The notes: a model not told the origin generated them from the sequence alone. DNA of 64,000 bases from Eledone cirrhosa (GCA_964016885.1 OZ024742.1:174034001-174098000), one strand, 5' to 3'; positions 41,712 through 55,672 are shown, counted from the first letter of the stretch. Translations and numbers: made by a program.

Positions 41712-41762
<51 letters not shown>

Positions 41763-42217
41763 GCATGCTACTGTACGTCTGTATACATATATGTATGTAC
41801 GTATACATACATACTTACATTTAAGTAAGTGCCATACTAAGAGTGAGAAATGAAATTTCGTTTTCATTTTTTTCAATTTATCGTTTTCGGTATGCCTGAC
41901 CGATTTAACTCACTCAATATGCAAATTAGGCTGCTCAGCCGTTAATTTTCATAAGGAAAGTATATACTTTCGAACGTTCAACTATCTGGCAGATGGGTAA
42001 ACGGTGCTGATGATAGCTAACAAGCTTGAAACTAGTACATCGTTCCTGTGTCAGTGTTGAACAAAAAGGTGACGTGGTTGCCTTAACACCGTATGGCATA
42101 AATTCAGGCTGTTCGCTTTGTTGACAAACAAACGAACAAAGCGGCCGGCGTTATAATAAACGTCGGCTAAACTGATGCGTGCATATATGTATGTGTACCT
42201 GTATGCATATGTGTGTA

Positions 42218-42266
<49 letters not shown>

Positions 42267-42727
42267 GCATGCTACTGTACGTCTGTATACATATATGTAT
42301 GTACGTATACATACATACTTACATTTAAGTAAGTGCCATACTAAGAGTGAGAAATGAAATTTCGTTTTCATTTTTTTCAATTTATCGTTTTCGGTATGCC
42401 TGACCGATTTAACTCACTCAATATGCAAATTAGGCTGCTCAGCCGTTAATTTTCATAAGGAAAGTATATACTTTCGAACGTTCAACTATCTGGCAGATGG
42501 GTAAACGGTGCTGATGATAGCTAACAAGCTTGAAAATAGTACATCGTTCCTGTGTCAGTGTTGAACAAAAAGGTGACGTGGTTGCCTTAACACCGTATGG
42601 CATAAATTCAGGCTGTTCGCTTTGTTGACAAACAAACGAACAAAGCGGCCGGCGTTATAATAAACGTCGGCTAAACTGATGCGTGCATATATGTATGTGT
42701 ACCTGTATGCATATGTGTGTATATATG

Positions 42728-42764
<37 letters not shown>

Positions 42765-42820
42765 GCATGCTACTGTACGTCTGTATACATATATGTATGT
42801 ACGTATACATACATACTTAC

Positions 42821-42824
<4 letters not shown>
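39646..42824 (-). repeat. Satellite array, right arm: ~6.3 monomers in inverted orientation
   Basis: Reverse-complement monomer starts at 39852, 40356, 40860, 41370, 41876, 42380. Confidence 0.99.
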
Positions 42825-42894
<70 letters not shown>

Positions 42895-42898
<4 letters not shown>

Positions 42899-43847
42899 CC
42901 CTTAAAAATAGCGGATTCACTGAACAAATTAAATATATTTCTAACCGCTCTAACCCTTCTACACATAATAATAGGAAAAGAAAATTAATCTGGTTCACAC
43001 CACCCTTCTCTTTAGCAATCAAAACCAATGTAGGTAGAAAGTTCCTTGAATTAGTAGATAAACATTTCTCCCATTACCATAAATATAACAAACTTTTTGA
43101 ACGTAAACTGTCAAGATTAGCTATTTTTGCAGTCCTTCTATAAAATCGAAAATCACGACCGTAAAAACTGAAATAGGAATCCTAGGATATTCATGCAGAA
43201 ATCCAGGTGAATGTCATTTGCAAGGCAAATGCAATATTAAATCCGTTGTATATGAGGCAATTATAAGACCTATTCACAACAACCAACCTTCTACCGGAGA
43301 CGTTATGTGGGAATGACCCACGATACCTTTAAAAGAAGTTACTATGCACACGTTGCTTCCTTTCGACACCAGGATAAAACTACGGCGCTGGCAAATAGAG
43401 TGTGGGAGATGAGAGAGCGTGGGATCCCATATGTAATTGATTGGTCTATTTGAGACCAATCAAAAGAATATATTAAAGGAACAAGGTGTACCTTGTGTGT
43501 AACAAAAAAATATAGAATTCTACAAAATCTGAAATCTTCCAACACCTGTCTTAACTCTAATTCTGAGATATTTATAATTTGCCCACATATAAGAACACAT
43601 CTCCTTTCTCAGCATCAAAACACCATTTTGGACACGTACTCACCTTGAACACTCTCCTTTTCATACATTCAACACTTATCTTATATTACGCTCTGAACAC
43701 TCTCTCTTACTTTAAACACTATGGACCTTTATCACACGTTCAAAACTTATATTACGCCCTTATTTTATATTACACCTATTTCATTCATTTCTTCTTTTCC
43801 ATTACTTTTACCACGGAATTACCTAACACACACACACACCCACACAC

Positions 43848-43883
<36 letters not shown>

Positions 43884-44494
43884 ATATATGTGTGTATGTG
43901 TGTGTATATATGTATTTATGTGTGTGGTTATCTGCGTGTGTTCATTTGTATTTTTGCATGCTTCAATATGTTTATATTCCACTGGACACATACATGCATG
44001 TATCTATATGTAGTTTGGCGTATGTGATTGTATTTATGAATAAGTTTATCATTATGTGTGTGACGTCTTCGTATCATTTTGTCCGACCGCTTATCTATAT
44101 ATTTTTATTTTATTTTATATTTTATTCCCTTGTATTTGTGTATGTATATGCCTGCAGACTAGTGTGTTAATACACTTCTGTCTATGCCATGTGTATATAT
44201 ATGTATGTGCATGCGGATTTGTTATATTTATTTACTTTTTTAATTATGTTTTCGCAGCCTTAACGTTCATATACGTGTGTATGTGTATATGTATATATAT
44301 GCATGTGTGTGTGTATGTATATGTGTGTGAATGCCTGTATATGTATATGTTCGTATGTATATGCGTAAGTATATATATATATATATATATATACATATAT
44401 ACCTACGCATATGAATACATACGAACATATACATTCACACACATACACGCACACAAGCAAACACACACAGATATATATATATATACATATATAC

Positions 44495-44544
<50 letters not shown>

Positions 44545-45060
44545 TCTTATGTGATATATATATATATATATATATATAATGTACATGTGTGTGTATATTT
44601 ATATGTCTGTATATGTATTTGTGTTTACATGTGTTTGTTGTTATTGTGCTTGTGTATGTATTTATTTATTTATATTTCTCTTTGGTCAGTGTTGTTTGTT
44701 TGGGTGTTGTTGTTATTCCATTCATTTTTTTCTGTTTAGCCTTGGCTTTCTAAGTTCTATTTCGCTGGCCTCTCTCTATATTTTACTTTTATCTGAATGT
44801 GTGTATGTGTGTGTGTATATGTATGCACACATATAACTTTTTCTATATTGCTATATATTTTTATATATTATTTTTCTTACCCTTCTTTTCTTAATTATAT
44901 TTCCCGTTTTTTTTCCAGCCTCACTTTCAATTTTTAACATATTCTAAATCTCATTTTATATTTTTTATGTATAACATCTCTGTCGGACGACCGATCCAGA
45001 TGTATATTATTGTCTGGGATCCAGAAACCTTTGGTAATGGAGTAGTTATAGTTTGTGTTG
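42895..45060 (+). mobile_element. Penelope-like element, 5'-truncated (RT C-terminus, GIY-YIG, microsatellite-rich tail)
   Basis: [69 protein letters not shown]. Confidence 0.85.
44971..45049 (+). ncRNA. Degenerate type I hammerhead ribozyme at the end of the Penelope tail
   Basis: Stem I CTCTGT/ATGGAG (extended ATAAC/GTTAT), core CGGACGA (U4>G), stem II GATCCAGA/TCTGGGATC, GAAAC-CTTTG-GTA. Confidence 0.55.
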
Positions 45061-45429
45061 TTCACTTTCTAATTAAATATATATATATATATTAGTAGTA
45101 ATAGGTTTTCTTTATGTTAGCTCCGAGTAACAATTGTACAGGCTGGGCTGATGAAAATGGACTGAAAAAAGTGTATTCATAACGGAAAATACAGAACAAT
45201 AGAGAAAGAGATAGGAGCCCTAAAACCATGTCCTCTATGTCATAGGTATCTAGCTTGTCACTTCTTGTCACAATTTAAATATTGTTAAATGAATATTTTT
45301 CAGTTAATCAAATTTGTTTGATTTGCAGTATTTGGGTGAATAAACAATTCTATTTTCCTTTATTTTATGTATAATAATGTAAGTTTATTTAAAATTAATT
45401 TCATAAAAGTACACATAAAAAACATCCTT

Positions 45430-48400
45430 CAAAGCACTTCCCTATATACAATGTTTCTAGTAAAGGTGATTCCCCTTCTGCGGCCATGGATGGATTCGTT
45501 TTGAGGTATCACTTTAACTCTCACACTGTTCATTGCCCTTGCTCTTGAAAATGCTACGTATAACTGGCCATGAGTGAAGCATGGCTGTGGCAAGTGTATG
45601 CCGACTGTCGAATGTTTGCCCCTGTGCTTTATTGATTGTCATAGAATAGGACAGACGAACCGGAAACTGGGTCCTATGCAGAACAAATGGAATGTTTGCA
45701 TCGCTTGGATTGAGTTTGCTTCTTAGAATCAGTACTCTCGTCTGTGAGTGAGATCCACATATAATTGCCGCTTCGATGCTATGCTCGTAGAGCTGAAGTA
45801 CTTCCAGGCGATTTCCGTTGCTTAGACCTTGTGTTATAGAGAGGTTTCTAAGCAGCATAATAATTGCTCCAACTTTTAGGTTCAGGCGACGGGCAGGAAT
45901 TCCAGAAGGTGTAAGAGAGTTTATAAACTCCATGAGATAATTCTGACCTTCCTCTTCCTTATCACAATTTACAGAGTCGGTGCTTAGATATGTTTTATTT
46001 TCAGTGGGCAATCTTCTTAGAATTTCTTCATTTACTGCTAAGTGCTAAGTGTCTGAATTTTGGGGGGTGATAGGATCACTCTGGTTTTCATTTCTTCTGC
46101 TGTGCAATTATCAAAGATATCAGATTCCAAAGAATTGTTGCATATGCATGCGTCAGGAATATCAATAGTATCTTCTTTGACATTATCAACAGAGCTTTGT
46201 AGAAATCCATTTCCAAGTTGTAGTAGCCCCCTCGAAAAATCTTGTTCATTTTCATTTGTTCTCATGTTTTGTGTGAGTTTCATTTGATGAAAATGATCCC
46301 ACTGAGAGGAGCGTTTGAGGCAGACATCAAGTACAGCTGCAGAGGGAGCTCTGGGAACGACTGGAAGACCCTTTCTAAAATCCCCTCCAAGTATAATAAT
46401 GTTTCCACCAAATACACTTAATATTTCTTAAACATTTATCTATTGCATGCAATGCATAAGCTGGTATCATTGAAGCTTCGTCAATAATGAAGACTTTTAC
46501 TCTCCTAAGAATGTTTCCTTGTTCAGAATTTGGAGGAACATTGCACACACTTGTTTCACTCAAAGGAACTGGAAGCTTGAATATACTGTGAAGAGGTTTA
46601 CCATCTTACAAGAGTGTTGCAGCAATGCCAGACCAGGCAGATGTACTTACTGTTATATTGTTAGCAGTAAGGTGATCAAAGATCATATTGAACAAAAATC
46701 TTTTCCCTGTTCTCCCGGCGCATCCAAATAGAACAGTCTATTATTGGTTTCTTCTCCTCTGTTAACTGCTAATGCAGCATCAATCACGCAATTAAATGCT
46801 TCTCTTTGTTCATTGTTCAATAAATTTGGATCTATGATTGGGTTTTCCGCATAAAGTTCATTTGAAGGGGGGTCTCCGACTGGTTCAGGAAGGCCAAACA
46901 TGCTACAATGCATGTCATTTTCTCTAAATATGGCATTCATCAACTGAAGAGCAATATTTTCAGCTGTTGTGTTTTCATTTGTCTGCAAAAGATCCTCAAT
47001 CATGAACTGTTTGTTTTCATTCCACAGTTGTAAAGCATTGACGGGTTGACTGAAGAGGCAAATCATAGCAAATATGTTTAGAAGCTGTCGAGGCATTTGA
47101 TATGCTGCTGCCTCTTTCAAAGTATCTTGTAGTTCATTATCATCATCAATAAGTCTCAATCAAATACACGCCTCCTTGAAAGTTTCAAATTCCTGACCTT
47201 CAACAGTTCTTAAATCATAGAAAGAAGTCACGCCAGGAACATGCTAGGAGTAGCATTCTCAAATGAAATTGCTCTGCATTACGTGGACTAGCTGAGTACA
47301 TTCTGGTTGTAATATTATGGAAGCGTACTCGCCGAGTCCATTTGGTACTCTTTTTCTGAAACACATCGTTGAGGAATATCACAGTACAGAAGATTTCAGC
47401 ATTCTCGTTAGATAGGTTTAGCTTGAACCAAGCAGTCAAATGTGTGTCACGCTCTTGTCTCGTGCAGCTGCTTGTCATTGCTCTCCTTCACTGTAGTACA
47501 CTTGTTGTTCATCAGGTAAATGCAGAGACAAACGGTATACTGTGTGGGACTGCCCATGCATTTTGAACTCTGATAATCACTAAAATGCTTCACGTACCTG
47601 CACAAAATATATTGTTTTATTTCATTGTATTCATTTCCATTGATTTGTTCGTTGTTATTTGTAATATCATTCCTCACTTCCATCATTGCGCAATCATGTC
47701 CTTTAAAGACATACTTGAAAATATATTTCACACTTTTCACAGAAGAGCACACTTAAATGTTAATGTGTGCATGATATTTTTTCAACAGATACTTATTATA
47801 TAGAACAACAAATCTATTGTCCACTTGATGAGTTCCCACCTGTACTGTGTCTCCATTGTTTCTCTGTCTGTATGCCGGATATCCTGAAACATTGTTGATG
47901 GTATCTTCCTGATATTCCTTAGAGAATTTCTTCTGACACTGTCCGTCGACCATACAGACATAATTCGGATTTGATACTCCGCAAGGTCCATGTATCATCA
48001 GTGTTCGAACCAACTCCCTCAACTCTGATTCTTACATGAGTGGAATCTCAGAAGAGACAATGTTATCAATTTGTTCTTTCGTTCTAATGTTATCTTCTTC
48101 ACGCAACATGAAAAGCATATGACAATGCGGAAGACCTCTTTTCTGAAATTCAATCACATGTATATAAGCAATAGGTACACCAAGCATGTGTATTTCCTTA
48201 ATATCAATCATCAATTCATTAAGATGTAATTTGTAAACGCGCGCTACTAAATCTGGCCTGTTTAAGCTGTTTCGTGAGGCCCTAGGTTTTCAGTAATTTC
48301 TTGGCATTTTGGATTGCAAGTATAAGTTATAAATAGGTCAGGCTTTCCATATTTGCAAACTATCGCTATTGAATCTTGATATGAATGTTGCATATTCCTT

Positions 48401-48517
48401 GGGCTCCCGGTGAAATTTGAACAGGGACTCCTGGCTCATCAATTTCATTGTTTCTTGCTAGGTGATTCATGAGGCCTGAGTGCACTGCTATTCTCAACTG
48501 CGCTTGGTTATTTTCAA
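45430..48517 (-). mobile_element. Helitron RepHel pseudogene (HUH Rep + Pif1 helicase), many frameshifts
   Basis: FTGSPRNM..YQD, GKPDLFIT.TCNP, VIEFQKRGLPHCHML, MIHGPCG, VKYIFKYVFKG, FYLDAPG, IIDEASM, LTQNMR, QFPVRLSYSMTINKAQGQTF. Confidence 0.95.
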
Positions 48518-48536
48518 CCCTTTTTCTAATAATTTT

Positions 48537-48658
<122 letters not shown>

Positions 48659-49122
48659 TGGCATAAAACTATGACTACCTTGCATTCACTAATTGTTGCT
48701 ACTACAGACTCCTACTAGTTTCCTTGGATTTTAGATTTTACCCTAAATAGAATAACAATTTTACTCTTTTGTTTGCTTCCAACTGCGCTAGCCATTATTC
48801 TACCTTTTTATTCTCCATCATTTTGTTCAGTAAATCAGAACTGGCTACAAATGACACCATTAAAGAAAATAGTTTTGATAATATAATGTAATCGTGAAGC
48901 GCTATTGCTACATAATTTGGTCTATTGTTAATGCAGATAGACAAGCTGTGCTGCCATTTAGACTTCTTCTGTAACTCATACATAGAAATTAGTATATTTA
49001 CCATTCTGATGAAAGTAAGAATTCTATACATATGTAATTTACATCTCAATTTCTTCTCTTTCAAGCATTTGGATGGCTATTTACTTATTTATGCAGAATA
49101 TCATAGTTATGTTGGGAAGGAT

Positions 49123-49203
<81 letters not shown>

Positions 49204-49429
49204 AGCATCCAGGGAGAAAAATCCTGCCAAAAGCATGAAGAGTATAACAAACATAACTCACAAATTGCATATACAGGGCTAACACTAGTCATGTTATTGC
49301 TGCACACGGTAGTGGGTTGGCTAGAGTAACCATATGTGAGAACCCCTCAATCATCTTCATGCAATCACACATCACTTTTCCCTAACAAATTCATAGAACT
49401 TCTATCAAAAGAAATAACAACTGGCAAGG

Positions 49430-49700
49430 TAGAAGTCTCAGCTCTGTCACCCTCCATGTTGGCATCCTATAAGGTAAATAGCATGAAATTGTGGAGCTGC
49501 TAGAGAGAAGAGAAGTGGATGTGTTCTGTGTGCTGGCGGTGAGATGGAGAGCAACCTCAGTGAGACTTCAGACTAGCAAACAGCATCGATACAAGCTTTA
49601 CTGGACGGAAAATGATTATACGGTAGGAGGTGAAGTTATCTTACTAGCTGAGAAATGGATAGCATAAGTGACAGAATTATCAAGCTTAGATAGCAGGAGG
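49430..49700 (+). pseudogene. RTE-like AP-endonuclease N-terminal fragment
   Basis: EIVELLERREVDVFCV..VRWR....YKLYW....GG.VILLAEKW. Confidence 0.65.
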
Positions 49701-49724
49701 AAATAGAATGGTGACAATTATGAC

Positions 49725-50560
49725 CATGTCAACACTGCTACTTAGAGTTGTTTACCGTCCTCCAAATTACCATCAGGACACTCAGCTTTGTGATACCCTC
49801 AGAGCTGCTGCCAAGAAAACAGCCACTTATGATTTTATTGTAGGGATCTTCAATCAACCTGAGATTGACTGGGAAACCTTTCGTTGGCTGCAAAGTGCAA
49901 ATGATTTCCATGAGTTAGTGCTGGACTCGAACTGGTCCCAAGTAGTCACCTTCCCAACAAGAGGTGACAACAGTTTGGATCTACTCTTCACCACTACTAC
50001 TGAAATGGTTATTAGTGTTACTACGGAGAAACCTTTAGGTGACTCTGATCATGCTATGATCATTTCCAATTTGTCCTTCGTGTGCATTAACGAAAAACCA
50101 CAACCATCTCCAAACTGCTCACTTTGACTGGAATAAAGCAGACTGGAACTGTTACTGCACCGAGCTGCAATGTCCAAACTGGCTTGAATTTTATGACTGG
50201 AGATATCAACACTGTACTCCAGAACATCTTGAACTCAATATGGACAGCATGTGCAGCATCGGTGCCATGTAAGCTGAAAAAACACCCCAAAAGTGCAATT
50301 TGGGAGACTACAGCAGTCCGTCTTGCCAGAAAAGAACGTCGTAATGTTGAATGTGAGTACAAACTGCATAAATTATGTATCAACAGGAAAAATGAAATAA
50401 ATCATCCAACCATCTCAAACAGGTGACAAAAAGGCAGTGCTTGAATTTGAACAGCGCATAGCAACCATACCTGACAGTAAGGTGTTCTGGAAATATGTAC
50501 ACTCAAAGCAGAGGCCTCACTCTCTAGCTGGTCCTCTTCGCAATCCCACACAAGTCAGAT
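49725..50560 (+). pseudogene. CR1/Jockey-group LINE endonuclease/linker fragment
   Basis: VVYRPP, G.FNQPEIDW, QVVTFPTRGDNSLDLLFT, PLGDSDHAMI, KVFWKYV. Confidence 0.85.
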
Positions 50561-50574
50561 TACTGACGAGCCCA

Positions 50575-51122
50575 TTACTGAGAACTGTTGAAATGCAAGA
50601 AAAACAGCAAGCTGCAATAGAAAATATCCCTTCTAGGCCATGATGCAAGAAAATACAATAATCCAACGAACAATGAGGTTGCAGCAATTTTTGTTGGTGA
50701 AGATGGAGCCCCGCTACTACATCGTGATATTGTTGTATATCCTATAGGACAACATAAAGAGAGAATATCATACATTTCTTGCCACTTAGACACCATGCTA
50801 TATCCTCTCCTCTTTCCAAAATGGCGATCAAGGATGGCGTATTAACATGTCGCACGTACAACATCATCAAACAAGAGTTCGTAACAAAGTAACAATGCAG
50901 GAATTCTACGCCTTTCGCTTGGCTATAAGAGGCGGTTTCAGTGTAATACATCGAGCGGGAAAATTATTTCAGCAATACATTGATGATGCATATGTTAAAG
51001 TAGAGGGATGTCGTTTGAATTTCATTGAAAATAACCAAGCGCAGTTGAGAGTAGCAATGTACTCTGGCCTCATGGATCCCCTAGCGAGAAACAATGAAAT
51101 TGATGAGCCAGGAGTCCCTGTT
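50575..51122 (+). pseudogene. Helitron RepHel N-terminal segment, inverted relative to the main Helitron body
   Basis: YNNPTNNEVAAIFVGEDG, YPLLFPNG..GW, VTMQEFYAFRL, AGKLFQQYIDDAYVKVEGCRLNFI.NNQAQLR. Confidence 0.92.
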
Positions 51123-52689
51123 AAGCTCCAGGTTTGATCTGTATCGATCTGGCCCGACTCTGGATTCAAAAGCTCATCAGACCTCTGCTGCTGCTCTAAT
51201 GACAGAATGAACATTTAAAGCATAGAAATGTCTGTAATGTTTCGTGTTCATATGGTCAATTTATGTTGTTTGGATTGGTGGTTTAGCTATGAGGAATGTT
51301 TTGGCCTGTGTGATAGGTGGGGGAGGAGCATAGTGACAAGGTGGTGGTGGGGAGCGATGGTTGATGTGAGTTGTGGGGTGTAGTGTTTTGGCGTGCATGT
51401 GGTGGGGCAGAGGTGCTGTGTGTGGTGTGGTTGTGGTAGGGCTGTGCTTGATAGGACATGAAAGAATGTATTATTGTCCTAGAGGTAGGGGGGGGGGTTC
51501 TTCTGGTCATCAGTTTGTCACCAAAAAGTGAGTGGACATAAGGGAGGTAGGTTATACTAGGTTAGGGTGGGGCTTATTTGTAAGCTGTTTAGATAAAGGG
51601 GATTTGCGCTATAAAGAATTAATGAAGTGATGAAAATGGTATGAGGTTAGTGTTTGAAAATATATATAAAAAAATTAATGAAATAAAGAATTGTGGTATG
51701 AGGTTAGTGTTTGAAAAGACTATAAGGAAATTTTTATAAAAGATTTTTTGGAGAGGTTACTAAAACAGTGTGGGTAGAGGCAAGATACCTGTGCAGTGTA
51801 TGTTGTGTGAAAATAGTGTAAAAAGGAAAATAAATATACATGTGTACACATGAACCCAGAGACATACACAAATGCATGCACATCCCCACATACATCAATG
51901 TAAATATATATAGTGTCATGCCTCCCCAACACAGGCATACGCGGAAGATACACGGAGCCAGTTGGGCATACATTACTAGATGCGTCTGCTCATGAAGAGC
52001 ATATGAAATGTGCACACTGGTCATACTGCACTCCCGCCACCAGCACAACGAGCTCACATACATATCATTCGAATTATAGGCATTTTTGGACACAGCATCC
52101 CATGCACGTATCGTACATATGTCTGCGTCTCTGCATCTGTGCATGCTAACGAGATAGTTGTGCTCATAGTCCAAGGTCCATACTACTATCTGGCTTTGCA
52201 GGGGTGCAGGCAAACAGATATATATATATATACGCACTCATGTACCCATATATACATATATACACATATATATATATATATATATACACACATGTATACA
52301 CGCACAAAACAGGTGTGGATGTACATGCATTAGCTTTGCATGAAGATGATATAGCGTGGGGTTAAATGGCGGTAACAAACATATGAGAAAGGTGAAAGTG
52401 TGCTAGGTAGGGGATACAAGTGATGTTAAACAACGGTGGTGAAATTAGTGATATAAAATGAGGTGATGAAATCAATTGTGGTGAAGAGAAATGTGCCTCA
52501 AGGGTATGCGGTATGTGTTGGTGTGGTTGCGTGTGGTGGATGCATGGTGATATGTTTAGTGGTGAAGGATATGATAAAGGATGTGACCTAATATTTACAG
52601 GAGTAAAAATGAAATTAACAAGGATAACAATGGTAATGACATGAGATATGGAAAATAGTGGCAGGTATTCAATTGTTGTTTTATGTTAT

Positions 52690-52960
52690 GTTTTGTCTGT
52701 GGCTCTTTCCTGAATATCAAGGTGGAGTATGTAGGCTTGCTGGTATGTCTGCTGTTTATTAGGATTTCCAATCTCAAATTTATGGCCAATTTTAATTTAA
52801 TGATCTCGGCCGATTCAGCCAGGCACAACCTGCAGTGGCTTCCTCCGGTGGGAAGTCAGGACACGCATCTCCTATCGAACCATTTGATCTGGTATTTCAG
52901 TTTTTTATCCTTGAGGTCCCAGATCAAATCTGCCAGTCTGGTTTGGGAGCATTTAACATA
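52690..52960 (-). pseudogene. Penelope-like GIY-YIG C-terminal fragment (tail probably extends toward ~51250)
   Basis: TRLADLIWDLKDKKLKYQIKW, CRLCLAES.EII...INLRLEI...RH. Confidence 0.75.
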
Positions 52961-53699
52961 ACTTAACGTAATCAATAAACGTAATGAAGGCTTAACAAAT
53001 GGTCCTTGTATTACTATATTGCGGTATGTGGCTCTACACCTCGCCACTGACGTGAACCTAAACATTGAGTGCTCACCTGGGTGAACCTACAGTAACTTCA
53101 TGTTACACTCCCTGGATATATATATATATATATATATACATACATACACACACATACATACATACAAATATATACATACATGATGATGGCGGCAACTTCA
53201 TTTCAAGTAATGCCATCACTTGATACTTAGGCATGAGCATCATGGACGTGGCTTTTTAGACCTACTAGGGACTTACCTATGGCCCTCGATAGCATGCATC
53301 ACAAAAGAATGTCACATATCAATTGCTTGAAGTTTTATAAGTGAGGAAAGGCTTTGCACAAGGCCAATCCCACTCTCTGAATATTGAATGCATTTGCCCA
53401 AAAAATAGATCACGATTGGGTGCAAACAACGTCGCAGTTTTTATTTGAGAGTGACCTTCTAGAGAGATGTCTTAATGAAGACTAGGATTCTCTCGCTCCA
53501 CAAAAAAAAATACGAAAAAAAATAATGGATAGCCATTGACTCTCCAGCGTCACTCCACCCTTTCACAGGTCTTGTTTTTCCTCCTGCAGGATGTCCAAAA
53601 TCACACTCCTCACCAAGCAGGCTCGGTGGGGTTGCCAGTTTAGTCACCAATGATCCGACCATGCACAGGTTGTACTGGGTTACATGTTATCAGTAGTGC

Positions 53700-55330
53700 T
53701 GAAGAACGACCTGACATACATACACTACCAGAAAGGAATCTTTCAGGGTAATAGCTTATCAGTGCTGCTCTTTGTTCTCTCACTAAACCCACTTTCTCAC
53801 CTGCTCACAAAACAAAGTGGTCATAGAAATGGGTCCAGAAGTATCTCCCATCTTTTCTTTGTTGATGACCTGAAGTTGTATGGGCCAATTGCCAACTGTA
53901 TCAAAAAACAATTGGACCTCTGCAGACATCAGAATGAAATTTGATGAGTCCAAATGTGTATATTTGACAGTAAAATGTGGAAGAGTTTTGCCCTCCTCTG
54001 GAAATCTAGAGATGAACGGCTTGTCAATACAACTTCTACAGTCCGGTGACAACTACAAATATCTTGGACAGGATGAGAATGTCAGATATGATGGACCCAT
54101 AAATAAGGAGAGAACGAGAACTGAATACCTCAAGAGAGTAAAGAAAATATGGGCATCAGAACTATCAGTGTACAATAAATACATTGCCCATAATACTTAT
54201 GCTGTGCCAATCCTTATGCCCACATTTGGCCTGCCGAACTGGTCATTGCAAGAACTAAGGGTGATGGATGTAAGAACTCGCAAGCTTCTCAATGTTACTG
54301 GAAACTTTATCAATGGTGATGTGGATAGGCCATATTTCTCACGCAAGGAAGGTGGCCGGTGTCTAAAATCCATATTAACATCATAGGAGATCCAGATAGT
54401 AACACTGAAGCAACATCTTTAACAGAAGAAAGGGGTCAGCAACCATCTTGCCCAGGTCTATGAGCATGACGGAAATACTATCTTTAGGATAGCCACTGAT
54501 CTGGAGGAGAGATATGGAATAAGCCCTGATATAAATCTCTCTCCCAGGGAAATTGGAAGATCCTATTCAATGTTCAAACAAAATAACAAATTGGACCAAT
54601 TTATAGAGAAAGTTGTGCATGGGTACCTGAGACGAAAAACACAGACCATAGAGGAGGTAAATCATTCACAAAGCCTTGAAGGATAGCTCTATGCAATACA
54701 GGAACAAGAAATCCCTACCAAATATCTGCTACACAAAAGAGGAGAGCCATCAGTCGGCAATAAATGTAGGCTATGTAAAACAAATCAAAGATGTAAGCCC
54801 AATTGTTGCCAAATGTGAAAGAATGTAGTCTCGTTACTACCTCCCTATGAGTCACGATGTGATAGCTAGAACCATCTGGAATGCACTTAGGAAAACAAAA
54901 TTAAAAACAAAGGTGGAGGAATATGTTGAGATAGATGGCACTAAAGAATACTGATGGAACCTGAAAATAAAAACTGCGCCAAATTAAAGCACAACCAGCC
55001 TGATATTGTTGTTTGGGACCACATGTGCTTTGTTGTAGAGATCAGCTGCCCACTTGATGTCAACGTTGTAAGAAAAATACAAGAGAAGGAGGACATCTAC
55101 GGACCATTGATGATGAGTTTGCAGATCAAGTATCCAAGATTTATCTTCAGCTTCATACCCAACTTTATTTGAGCTACAGGTTATGTACCAACCCACTTGG
55201 ACCAAAGTATAACTGAACTTGGATTTGTGGAGAAAGAGCGCATCTCCCTAATTCATAGACTACAAATGGCTGCGATAGCTGGCACCTTAAAAATTTGCAA
55301 AACATTCTTGCGATTCAATGATGACAATTT
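53700..55330 (+). pseudogene. R4/Dong-like LINE, 5'-truncated (RT, Zn finger, RLE)
   Basis: KGIFQGNSLSVLLFVLSLNPLS, SHLFFVDDLKLY, YKYLG, RKEGGRCL, AIQEQEI, CRLCK, HNQPDIVVWD...VVEISCPLD...EKEDIYGPL. Confidence 0.9.
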
Positions 55331-55488
55331 CTTTTCTTTTACAACCATGACACCAGGAAGGACCCCAGTCAAAAATGTACTCGAAATTAAGAGAAAGAGA
55401 AAGAACTAACATCTCTCGTTAGAAAGAGACAAACAAATGTAGAGGCATGATACTAATTAATATAAATTATTTAATCTATCTTAATCTA

Positions 55489-55672
55489 AGGGCGGTGAAT
55501 TGGCAGTATCGGTAGAGGGTTGGACGCCATGCTTTCTAGCATAGTTACGTCCCTTTACAGTCTGAGTTCAAATCCCGCCGAGGTTAACTTTGCCTTTCAT
55601 ACTTACGGGGTCGATAAAATAAAGTACCAGTAATGTGCTGATAACTGCTGGCCTTGTGCCTAAAGTAGAAAC
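55489..55672 (+). mobile_element. tRNA-derived SINE, full length
   Basis: Same family as 3890; flanking duplication AATTATTTAATCTA at 55465-55478 and 55673-55686. Confidence 0.9.

Noticed and set aside
33849-43028. Repeated [10 protein letters not shown]... ORFs
   Set aside because: The frame changes with (TA)n length between monomers, so these are satellite artefacts
51125-51190. Minus-strand CTGATGA hammerhead candidate near the end of the third Penelope tail
   Set aside because: The GAAA box reads GATA and stems II/III are unconvincing
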